Assembly (NCBI RefSeq): GCF_001447785.1
Contig: NW_015165353.1
Coordinates: forward strand, 1-64,000
Reading direction: 5' to 3'
Source: Gekko japonicus
Lineage: Eukaryota
Length of the DNA: 64,000 bases
Shown: positions 45,810-57,387 of the stretch, in pieces
How the letters are laid out: the number at the start of each line of letters is the position of its first letter
Numbering within the stretch: the first letter of the stretch is position 1
Notes under the pieces: model-generated
What the model saw: the letters and a program-made list of their open reading frames with translations, nothing else
What the model was told of the DNA's origin: nothing
Database searches by the model: none
Program-made: the position numbers and the translations under genes

Positions 45810-46672
45810 ACAATTTCTGCCTCTCTCTGTTAATTGCATTTCTTCTTATTAGAGACATCTGTCGTGACTAGATAAGTGCCATTGGAGAACAAGTGTATGT
45901 ATTTGCATTGAGTTCAGGATACTCAGCTGTGCTTCTCCATCTACTTTAGGATTGTCCCTTTGTTATCCCTGTTGTTTTCCTTATTAGGCTTGTAATCCTT
46001 GATGTCATTTCCTCTTGTGCCTAGGGCTCAAGAAAGGTTTTTCCGTTGAGTCGACCATCCTTTTGAAGCTGGCTCATCCTTCTATTTTGTTGTTCCTTTG
46101 CCCCTCTTTCCATTGGATCTTTTCTTCCACAGATCATTTAATCAAGCCCATTTTGCCAAGCCCATTGTGGAATGCTGGGATTCTTTCTTCAACATCCCTG
46201 CCTCCTGGTCATTAGCTTTCTGACTTTCTGAAGCTTTTTTCCCGTAAGCCTGACTTTGTGAGAAAATCAGAGCTTCTCCATGTATGCCAGTATGACGCAC
46301 AAAAAAGCTATGAAATGTTAGTTATATATTTGCATTTTCATACACTGTTATCTATGTGGGTGGGAACACAGCCAGTTTAAAATACGAGTATATTACCCAC
46401 ACAGTTCCTGTGTTTCTTATGTTTGCCTCATATTTGATGGCTGCAAACAGACTCTTCTCAGGCTTGTTTTTGCCTCCCTTCTGTTTCCTGAGGAGCCATA
46501 GCACCATCTGCCCTGATTGGTGTGCCTGTCAAGGTGCACAGACATCATTAGACTAAAAGTCAGTCTTAGAGAACCTTGAAAGGGAAAGGTATTTTAGGAG
46601 GTGGGAACAGAGAATGACACATTGCCAAGAATTCCTGGTTAGTGTGAAAGTGAGAGAAGGAAAGTTGTTTTG

Positions 46673-47029
46673 GGCCCCGGTCACACGGGCCAGATATTAC
46701 CGGGGGGGAGGCATGGCTAATTGCCCCGGTGCAGTTTGATCCGCAATTACACGATCAGATGCACCGGCGGCACACCACGGGTCCTTCCCTTGGCGCCGGT
46801 GGGTAAACGAGGGACTGGAGGGGAATGCCGTGTGCTGGCGCGATCACACCACAGGCATCTGGAGGCAAACATTTACTAGTACCTTGGAGGCACTAATTTT
46901 TAAATGTGCATTGTTGGCCGTAAGCCACGGGTGCGCTCCACTTCCCAGATGTTGGGGTGTGATCGAGCCCGGATAATCCACCCACCTTCTGTGCCTCTCC
47001 CGCGGCAACTTTGTTGTGTGACCGGGGCC
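46673..47029. mobile_element. MITE with 14-bp perfect TIR (Harbinger-like)
   Basis: GGCCCCGGTCACAC / GTGTGACCGGGGCC. Empty site at about 61620. Confidence 0.8.
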
Positions 47030-47122
47030 TCAGTTTGTTTTAATGGTTTTAAAATGTGATTTTATCACATATGTTTTAATTTGTTAGCAGCCCTGGTGGA
47101 CCAGTGAGACCAGTGAGAGTGG

Positions 47123-47828
47123 AAATAAAACATGATCTAATAAAATTTAAACCTGGCTACAATACAATTTCCATAACCTAAATAGCAAGACACAGAATTT
47201 GGCAACATGGTACGTATTCCTAGGGTTCTCATCACATAAAAGATAATCAAGCTTAGCTTTTTCAGTAAAACCAAGAATCTTATCCAATAATAGAGTCTCC
47301 TCAAAAGCTGCTTTATAATGTGGGCAGCTAAAAATGTATGCTCTATGGATTTATGTGGGACAGAAAGAGCTAAAAGTTACTTTAATGCTATGTGATGAAG
47401 AAAAAGCTTTTGACTGCATTGAATGGAGTTTGTTCAAAAATCTCAATTCAGTTCTTCATTGGTACGAATATTTGACCAAACATATAACCAGTTTTACAAC
47501 ATTTATAAAATAAAACATGATCTAATAAAATTTAAACCTGGCTACAATACAATTTCCATAACCTAAATAGCAAGACACAGAATTTGGCAACATGGTACGT
47601 ATTCCTAGGGTTCTCATCACATAAAAGATAATCAAGCTTAGCTTTTTCAGTAAACACAAGAATCTTATCCAATAATAGAGTCTCCTCAAAAGCTGCTTTA
47701 TAATGTGGGCAGCTAAAAATGTATGCTCTATGGATTTATGTGGGACAGAAAGAGCTAAAAGTTACTTTAATGCTATGTGATGAAGAAAAAGCTTTTGACT
47801 GCATTGAATGGAGTTTGTTCAAAAATCT
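47123..47828 (+). repeat. 321-bp direct repeat (47123-47443 / 47508-47828) containing an L1 RT scrap
   Basis: Period 385 bp, near-identical (one 2-base swap seen). Encodes CDEEKAFDCIEW. Confidence 0.9.
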
Positions 47829-48249
47829 TGCCGAAGCGTATGCCCTTCTGAAACTATTTACTTCCAATGAAGTCAGGTAGGCTGCAGATTTGTCAATGTT
47901 TAACAGGTGCAAGACCCAAACAGGAATAACAAGCTTTATTAATATGGTCACCATTTGTTTGGATTTAATTCCAGGGGAGAATATAATGAAGCATATAAAT
48001 ATATCGAAGTTGGAGATTGATTTGTAAATGTACCCTTCTTACCCATGCTGAGGGTAATTAACTGAGACCCTGTTGTTATGTTCCATCCATCTCTCCTCAA
48101 GCATGGAGGAAACTAACAGCATCCTTTTCTTTAAGGTGGGGTGATTAATTGTGCAGTGTTATGTTGCATCTATTAAACATCATTATGTTGTATGCTAATC
48201 TGCTGCTCACTCTCTACCTATATCTATTAACTGGTAACTTCCATTTCAA

Positions 48250-48376
48250 TGTATCTGAAGAAGTGTGTAGGCACACAAAAGCTTATCCATTGAATACAAC
48301 TTTGTAGGTCTTAAAGGTGCTGCTGAACTCGAATTTTGTTCGGTTGCTTCAGACCAACACAGCTAGCCACCTGAAT
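48250..48376 (+). mobile_element. Penelope-like element end
   Basis: CTGAAGAAGTGTGTAGGCACACAAAAGCTTAT...GTCTTAAAGGTGC...TTCAGACCAACAC. Same family as 14076-14795. Confidence 0.65.
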
Positions 48377-48377
48377 G

Positions 48378-49640
<1,263 letters not shown>

Positions 49641-49993
49641 GTGAGAAGAATTGATTTCGCATAGAATTCATAATAACTGAATCCCGCAAATATTGATATT
49701 AATAACAGTTCAGTGTAAACTACTCACTAACACCCCTGTATCAATGGAAATGAAACAGAGGTTTTCATCATTGCACCCAAATATCTCTCCTTTGTTTGCT
49801 CTTGTTTCTGCTTTTGCACATACAGAGGAATTTAACCATCATGTTTAATATGAACATTAACTACATAAAATGTTATAGTATCACTTCCAAATTAGTATAA
49901 ATCTAAGCCAGTTGTACTGACTGCATGGCTCATGGAGAGCCATATTTAGAAATATTGTCAACTAAAAGAGCCTCCTGAGTGCTGTATGATCTG

Positions 49994-50563
49994 TAGGGGT
50001 GTGCATAAAACTAAAATCATCATTTACCGGATTCAGGTGTAATGGATCAGAAAAATATTGATATTACTTACACTACAATATTCAGATACGGAATTTTTCA
50101 GGAATCTCAATTTTTTTCAGCTCCATTATAGCATATGGAGACCATTATGTTTAATAGTCCCCATAGTATATAATAGAAAATAAATTTGGAGATATAGCTG
50201 CTGGCGCCTCTCCTCCAAAGAATACCCAGGTTTCAAAAAGATTGGACCAGGGGGTACAATTCTATGGGCCCCCAAAGAAGGTGACCCCCATCCTCCATTA
50301 TTTCCAATGGAGGGGAAAAGTTTAAAGGGCTTGTGGTCCTTTTAAACACCCTCTCCAAACTACTAGTACACCTTGAAGACATTTAAAGGGGCTGCAGTTG
50401 CCTTAATTGCCTTTTAACTGTGGCTATCCAGCATTCCCATATAATCCCAAATATTTTTTGGGGGGGTTGTGATCGACTATATTTTACAGCCAAATGATCC
50501 TGAAATGTCGATTCGGTTGAATAACATTTTTTTAGCTTGGATATATCCAAATGCACACCTCTA
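49994..50563. mobile_element. hAT-like non-autonomous element
   Basis: TAGGGGTGTGCA / TGCACACCTCTA termini. Absent from the paralogous flank at about 30495. Confidence 0.7.
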
Positions 50564-50681
50564 ATCCTGTGCAGCATCTCACTAAGCAAACACATACAAT
50601 AAGACATATCAATTAATATTAAATACCTAACTGTAACTGCAGTTTTTTCAGTTACCAGTATACCTTTAAGCATGAAACATT

Positions 50682-50937
50682 GGACCTTTCTGCACTTGAA
50701 TTTCATCCCTGATTTTATCAGAGCTCAACTCGTACACAATACCTTGCCTTTATCCCTGGTTATTACAGCACCCGTTTATCCCGAGACAAGTGTGGGACAA
50801 AACTGGGGTGACCTCGATGAGATGTGGAAACAAAAAAATACCCCGAGATAATTAGAGACGTGAACCCGAGTGCAGTATAGAATGTAAGTGTGGGGACAGG
50901 GCTGAACGAGGATTTAAGGTCTAGTGCGGAATCACCC
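50682..50937. mobile_element. Degenerate MITE with 3-bp TSD (ATT)
   Basis: Insert relative to the paralogous flank at about 30610. Imperfect TIR ...TGCACT/AGTGCG.... Confidence 0.55.
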
Positions 50938-51952
50938 ATTCTCTCTCCCCACCTTTGGGCAGTTCTGAAGTATAAGGAGGGAAGGGAATGGCTTGCAAGT
51001 CAGACCTATGACACAGTTGTGTATGCAAGCTTTCAAGTTCTCCAGCTTTATTAACTGGGATGTTTTTAAAAAAACTGAGCTTGTGGAGAAGGCTGAGGGG
51101 TTGTTGGACCATTCTGTCCCTGACAGGCGGCCTGCAGTTCAGGGAGACTCCCTGTCATTCAGTGACAGCTGTTTCAAGATGGGGACCACTTGGCTGCCAA
51201 ATAACACCACTGGGCAGTAGCCTTGCCCGCTTTCCTGAAATATATGGTGGGTGCCACATTGGGAAATGGTATTCAGAAGTTCAAGTGGCATGTCAAAGAG
51301 TGACGCATGGCTCAGTACCACTGATTTAAACAAAATGCAGATTGGCTTACTGTTTATGCAGTGGCTTTTAAACTGTGGGTTGGGGCTATATCGTCTGCCA
51401 GAAGGGAGGCGGAGGGAAAAGGTGAACTAGAAGAGGAGACTGTAAAAGTGGGTGGAATTTCCTGTCTTTCCTCGGCTTCCCACTCAGTGGGGATGCACTC
51501 TGCCCTGTGTTCCTTTGTCTTTCCAGCAGAAGTTTGTTTTGTCAACCAAGGCAGTAGGAGCCACTTCATACGTTGCGTTTTAGATGTACTAATAGTTTGG
51601 TGTGTGTAAATAAGAACATTGAACACATTGATCAAGTGGGTGTGATTGGCTGCAGTTCTGTTCCAGTTAGTGTGTATTTTATATGCATAAAGTGAAAAAT
51701 GGCTGAGAGATCTTTATGCAAAGCATTGCTCACTATTGCTATTTATTAATAAACCTTAAAAATAAAACATTAAGTTGTTCAATAGTAACTTAGATTAGAG
51801 TCTTCCATTTTGTGTGCATACGGGAGGGGGAGTAGCCGGGAACGACTTTGCACGTGGATTCTAAAAGGCAAAGTAAGATAACAGTCAATTTGCTCCCAAA
51901 AAGTTGAGAACTTAAATAGACATACAATTTTCATGGTTTTCTTCTGGTAGGA

Positions 51953-51968
51953 CCACAAGATGGCAGTA
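51953..51968 (+). promoter_or_regulatory. CSE / CTCF-type site of the B4 promoter
   Basis: CCACAAGATGGCAGTA, 269 bp upstream of ATG 52222. Confidence 0.75.
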
Positions 51969-52221
51969 TTAGCAAACAGATGAGTTGCAAATGGCATTTC
52001 AGGCATTTCATTTGTAGAACTAGCAGAAACCTAACAGGCAGAGACATTGTGAATGCAGAGGGAAGGAAGGTGCTGGATACACAGAAAGATTCAAAAGCGA
52101 AAAGCAATGGACACAGCAGATCAAAATTAATCATTCCAGAAGGATAAAATATCTCTGGATAGTACCCAGCTTCTTCATGTTCTGAAAACCATAAATTTCT
52201 GACCTGGGAGAGTCTGGCACC

Positions 52222-54678
52222 ATGGACGATATCTTCAGGATGAGAAAAGGTCTGTACCTTTTGTTCTTACTCTCTCTGTCTGGAGTGGTGTGTGTCTCTA
52301 TTCGCTATTCTTTGCCTGAAGAGAAGAAAAGTGGGTCTCTGGTGGCTAATGTGCTGAAGGATTTGAAGCTGGGACCAGGGGAGCTCTCTGCTCGCAGAGC
52401 CCAGCTAGTTTCCAAAAGCCATAAGCAATATTTCCAGCTGGATACCCATTCTGGGAATCTGTTTGTAAATGAAAAGATAGACAGAGAAGCTTTGTGTGGT
52501 GAGATGGATTCTTGCTTACTTTTGTCTGAAATTGTGCTCCAGAACCCCTTAACAATCTACAGCATTGAGATGCAGATAGAAGATATAAATGACAACTCTC
52601 CAGCATTCTCTCAAACTGAACTTGACCTGTCTATTCCTGAGAATGCTCCCACAAATAGTCGATTCCCACTGGAACCAGCCCAAGATAGAGACTTGGGCAA
52701 AAACAGTATTCAGAACTACACCCTAAGTCCCAATGAGAATTTTCAGCTGGAAATACAAAGTGGCAGGGATGGAAATAAAAATCTGGACCTTGTTCTGGAA
52801 AAACCACTAGACAGGGAGAAGGAGGCTCATTTGTTGCTGACTCTCACAGCAGTTGATGGAGGGTCGCCCCAGAGAACGGGCACAGTTCAAATAAATATTA
52901 AGGTTCTGGACATTAATGACAACTTCCCTCAGTTTGCACAATCTGAATATATAGTGAGTTTAAAGGAAAATAGCCCTCCAGATACTCTGGTCTTGAAAGT
53001 GGAAGCAAGAGATTTAGATTTTGGTTCAAATGCAGAGGTCACTTACTCATTCCATCAGGTGCCTGAGAGAATAAGCAACTTGTTCCAGTTGCATCAAATG
53101 ACTGGGGAAATCACCGTTTTAGGTCCAATTGACTATGAAAAAGAAACCAAATATTATATGAAGATCAAGGCAACGGACGGAGGTGGTCATACAGGCCATT
53201 GTAAGGTCCTGGTGGAAATCGAGGATGAGAATGACAATGTACCTGAGATCTCAGTCATATCTGTCACCAGCCCTTTGGCAGAAGACTCTCCTTTAGATAC
53301 CATGGTCATCCTCTTAAGTGTCACAGACCGAGACTCTGGAGAAAATGGTAAGACTTCCTGCTCCATGGAGATGAACTTGCCCTTTCTATTAAAAAACACT
53401 GTGAATAATTATTATCAACTGGTGACCCAAACGCCGCTGGACAGAGAGAAAGTCCCTGAGTATAACATCACCATCACAGCGACTGATCAAGGTTTTCCCA
53501 GGCTCACTACAAAGAGAACAATTACAGTTTTAATCTCAGATGTCAATGACAACTCTCCAGCATTTGAGAAGTACAAGTATGAAATGCAAGTGTGGGAAAA
53601 CAACATTCCAGGCCTGCTGATGGGTTCAGTCCGTGCTGTCGATCTGGACGTGGAGCAGAATGCCAAGGTGACCTACTCTCTTGTGCCTGGAAATGCCAGT
53701 GGTGCTCCTGCAGCCTCTTTTGTTTCCATCAACTCTGAGACGGGGAATCTCTTTGTCCTGCGGTCTCTGGATTATGAGCAGATCAAGGAATTCCAAGTGA
53801 TGGTGAGGGCTTCAGATGGGGGCTCTCCTCCACTGAGCTCAGAGGTTGTTGTTCGAGTTGTGATCCTGGATGAAAACGATAATGCCCCCTTCTTCCTCTA
53901 CCCACTTCAGAACAGCACCTCCCCCTACAACGAGCTGGTTCCCAAGATGGTGGAGGCCGGTTACCTGGTCGCCAAGGTGGTGGCTGTGGATGGGGATTCA
54001 GGCCAGAACTCTTGGCTTTCCTATGAACTGCTGAAGGCTACAGATCCCGGCCTTTTCAGCATAGGAGTCCAGAATGGAGAAGTCAAAACCAAAAGACCAC
54101 TGACGGAGCGAGATGCAAACAAGCAGAGACTGATTATCCTGGTGAGAGACAACGGCCACCCTCCCCAGTCCAGCACTGCAACCCTGAATGTACTTCCGGT
54201 GGATGGCTTTTCCGATCCTTATCTGAATATTGCAAGTGTCAGTCATGAAGTCGTTGAAGAAGATGGCTCCTTGACCATGTACCTGGTGATCTGCTTGGCT
54301 GCGGTGTCCTTTGTGTTCCTGATTTGCATCATTGTGTTTGTTGCCATTAAAATGTACAAGAAAGACTCTAGTTTTATCACCGCCCTTCCTCAGTTCCCAC
54401 CTGCCTTACCTGAGATCCCAGAAACTGGTGTCGATTCTCAGAGTGGATCACTTTCCCGGACTTACCATTATGATGTTTGCCTAACCGGTGGATCACTAAG
54501 CAGCGATTTCAGATTCCTTAGGCCTCTCATTCCTGTTTTCTCTATGGGGGACCCAAATATCTCTGAGAATCACAGGATTTCTTCTGTCTCTCAAGAGACT
54601 CATCAGCAGGCAGAAGGCCAAGAACAAAGAGAACAGGTGAGTAAGTTGTTGTGTTTTCTTTATTGCCCCATGTTCTAG
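52222..54678 (+). CDS. PCDHB: Protocadherin-beta-type variable exon B4 (intact, 818 aa if unspliced)
   Basis: Complete signal peptide, EC1-EC6, TM and tail. Donor CAG|GTGAGT after 54636. Confidence 0.95.
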   Translation: MDDIFRMRKGLYLLFLLSLSGVVCVSIRYSLPEEKKSGSLVANVLKDLKLGPGELSARRAQLVSKSHKQYFQLDTHSGNLFVNEKIDREALCGEMDSCLLLSEIVLQNPLTIYSIEMQIEDINDNSPAFSQTELDLSIPENAPTNSRFPLEPAQDRDLGKNSIQNYTLSPNENFQLEIQSGRDGNKNLDLVLEKPLDREKEAHLLLTLTAVDGGSPQRTGTVQINIKVLDINDNFPQFAQSEYIVSLKENSPPDTLVLKVEARDLDFGSNAEVTYSFHQVPERISNLFQLHQMTGEITVLGPIDYEKETKYYMKIKATDGGGHTGHCKVLVEIEDENDNVPEISVISVTSPLAEDSPLDTMVILLSVTDRDSGENGKTSCSMEMNLPFLLKNTVNNYYQLVTQTPLDREKVPEYNITITATDQGFPRLTTKRTITVLISDVNDNSPAFEKYKYEMQVWENNIPGLLMGSVRAVDLDVEQNAKVTYSLVPGNASGAPAASFVSINSETGNLFVLRSLDYEQIKEFQVMVRASDGGSPPLSSEVVVRVVILDENDNAPFFLYPLQNSTSPYNELVPKMVEAGYLVAKVVAVDGDSGQNSWLSYELLKATDPGLFSIGVQNGEVKTKRPLTERDANKQRLIILVRDNGHPPQSSTATLNVLPVDGFSDPYLNIASVSHEVVEEDGSLTMYLVICLAAVSFVFLICIIVFVAIKMYKKDSSFITALPQFPPALPEIPETGVDSQSGSLSRTYHYDVCLTGGSLSSDFRFLRPLIPVFSMGDPNISENHRISSVSQETHQQAEGQEQREQVSKLLCFLYCPMF

Positions 54679-55016
54679 GGAATGTTCCACTGGCTTATGT
54701 GACTGTGGAAATGCTTTTTGCTGAAACGTCAGTCATATTTTTTAAATTTATGAATTTATTCTGTGTGTTGTTTCATTGTTTTTCTCCTTATTGGTGATGT
54801 CTATCATGGCTAGATAAATGTCATTTAGGAACAGTGCATGTATTTGCACTCAGTACATGACATGTAGCTCTACTCCATCTTCTTTGGGCTGTGCCTTTAT
54901 GGTTCCTGTTCCTTTCATCTGTAGGCTATTCTCCTTGCTGTCAGATCTTCCTGTGCCTAAGACCCACGAAAGGTTTTTCTATTGAGCCAACCATCCTTTT
55001 GAAGCTGGCTCATCCT

Positions 55017-55387
55017 CATAAGAACATGAGAGAAGCCAATATTGGATCAGGCCAATGACCCATCTAGTACAGCACTCTGTCACACAGCACCCCAAATATA
55101 CCAGGTGTCATCAGGAGGTCCACCAGTGGGGCCAGGAAACTAGAAGCCCTCCCACTGTTGCCCCCCCCCCCTGCACCAAGAACACAGAGCATCCCTTGCC
55201 CCAGACCGAGAGTTCCTATCTATACCTTGTGGCTAATAGCCACTGATGGACCTCTGCTCCATATGCTTATCTAATTCCCTCTTGAAGCTGACCATGCTTG
55301 TAGCTGCCACCACCTCCAGTGGCAGTGAATTCCATGTGTTAATCACTCTTTGGGTTAAGTCCATGTGTTAATCACGCTTTGGGTGAA
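55017..55387 (-). mobile_element. CR1 3' fragment
   Basis: Reverse complement of the 890-1226 family. Confidence 0.85.
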
Positions 55388-55569
55388 ATCCTCCTATTTT
55401 GGGGGTCCTCTGCCCCTCTTTCCATTGGACCTCTTCTTCCACAGATCATTTTCCCAAGCCTGTTGCTGAATGCTGGAATTCTTTCTTCAACCCTCCTGCC
55501 TCCCGGTCATTAGCTTTCTGACTTTCTGAAGCTTATTACCCTCAAGGCTGATTCCTCACTCCATCATGA

Positions 55570-55655
55570 GGCACACTTGGGTCTCGAACTGCTGAACTAC
55601 TGACCTTCCACATCCTGCAGTTCAGCGTCTTAACCACTTGAGCCACCGCAGCTCC
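55570..55655 (-). mobile_element. Sauria SINE 5' head fragment
   Basis: CTTAACCACTTGAGCCACCGCAGCTCC is the reverse complement of the SINE head. Confidence 0.75.
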
Positions 55656-56485
55656 GATATAGGGTTAGGCACGCATAAAACCACCAAAATCATACAGTCA
55701 CACAAACACCACTAGGACATTAGTAGCAGACATTGCAGTCCTCCAGTCCTCTCAAAAAAATCCAGTAACTAACAGCATCTAGTAACTAACAACATCAATA
55801 ATTGCTGAAAAATTTGGGATCTTTCACCTGTGTCCATGGAACTTGGTAGTGATGATTCGTTGGGTGATGAGGGTTTTATTCAGATGGAAAACAAACAAGT
55901 TATAGTGTAACTGTGTTTTCCCATTGAAAACAGCTGGAAATGAAAACTGAAAAACAAACAAATGAGGATCTTTTAAAGAAGCAAAACAAAATGGAAGCAA
56001 AAAAATCTCCAGAAGTCCAGAACCAAAAGAAACCTGTTCCTTTAGGGGTAAGGTTGGCCTCCCTCTTTGCCTGGCTGACCCATCACCAAGACCCCATCTC
56101 CTCTGAAGTGACTTTCAATTTGTTGTTGTTGGTTTTAATGGTTTTAAAATGTTATTTTATCATATATGTTTTCATCTGTTAGCAGCCTTGGTGGACCAGC
56201 GAGAGTGGAAAGGTGGGGTACAAATTTTCTAAAATCAATCCATCAATCGATAAATAGAAGATAGTCGTACAGTGAGGGGGACCCTCCCTCTGCTCCCTGC
56301 TGCCGCCCAGTGAAGCAGTGGGAGAAATTGTGGGGCCAACACTGGCATTGCCATGATGCCAGGCAATGCATTGCCTCACCCCCCAAAGGTCCCTGGCTGG
56401 CAACCCAACCCACTGTGCTCGGTAGCCTACATTTGGGGGTGGGGCTGCTGAGTCAATCAGCTGAGACATATGTTGCATTTTTAAA

Positions 56486-56708
56486 AAGGTAAAGGTTCCC
56501 TTGCTCGAAAGCCAGTCGAATCCGACTCTAGGGTTGCGGTGCTCATCTCCGTTTCAAAGCCGAACAGCCAGCGCTGTCCGAAGACGTTTCCGTGGTCATG
56601 TGGCCAGCATGGCTAAACACCAAGGCGCACGGAACGCTGTGACCTTCCCACCGAAGTGGTACCTATTTATCTACTTGCAATTTCTTGCTTTCAAACTGCT
56701 AGGTTGGC
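56486..56708 (-). mobile_element. 5'-truncated Sauria SINE
   Basis: AAAGGTAAAGGTTCCCTTGCTCG..., flanked by a GCATTTTTA duplication. Confidence 0.85.
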
Positions 56709-57123
56709 ATTTTTAGATGTACTAATAGTCTGGTGTGTGTAAACAAGAGCATTGAACACATTGATCAAGAGGGTGTGATTGGCTGCAGTTGCATTCAAGT
56801 AGGTGTGTATTCTATATGCATAAAGTGCAAAATGGCTGAGAGATCTTTATGCACATCATTTATCACAATTGCTATGCATTTGTTGTTGTTCAGTCGCACA
56901 GTCGAGTCCGACTCTTTGCGACCCCATAAACATTAACTTGTTCAATAATAACTTAGATGAGAATCTTATATTTGTGCGCATAGGGGAGGGGGAGTAGCGG
57001 GGAATGACTTTGCAGACAGATTCTAAAAGGCAGAGTAAGATAGCAGTCAAGCTTCCCCCCAAAAAAGTTTGAGATCTGGTCCTATACTAGACATGCAACT
57101 TCCATGGTTTTCTCCTAATAGGA

Positions 57124-57139
57124 CCACAAGAGGGCAGTA
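57124..57139 (+). promoter_or_regulatory. CSE / CTCF-type site of the B5 promoter
   Basis: CCACAAGAGGGCAGTA, 264 bp upstream of ATG 57388. Confidence 0.75.
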
Positions 57140-57387
57140 TTGGCAAACAGATGAGTTGCAAATGGCATTTCTGGCATTTCATTTGTAGCAGTGCGAACAG
57201 GAACCTAACAGGCAGAGACACTCTGAATGCAGAGGGAAGGAAGCTGATGGGAAGATTCAAGGACAAAAAGCAATGGACACAGCAGATCAAAATTAATTAT
57301 TCCAGGAAAAGAAGATATCTCTGGATAGTACCCAGCTGCTTCATGTTTTGAAAACTATAAATATCTGACCTGCGAGAGTCTGGCACC

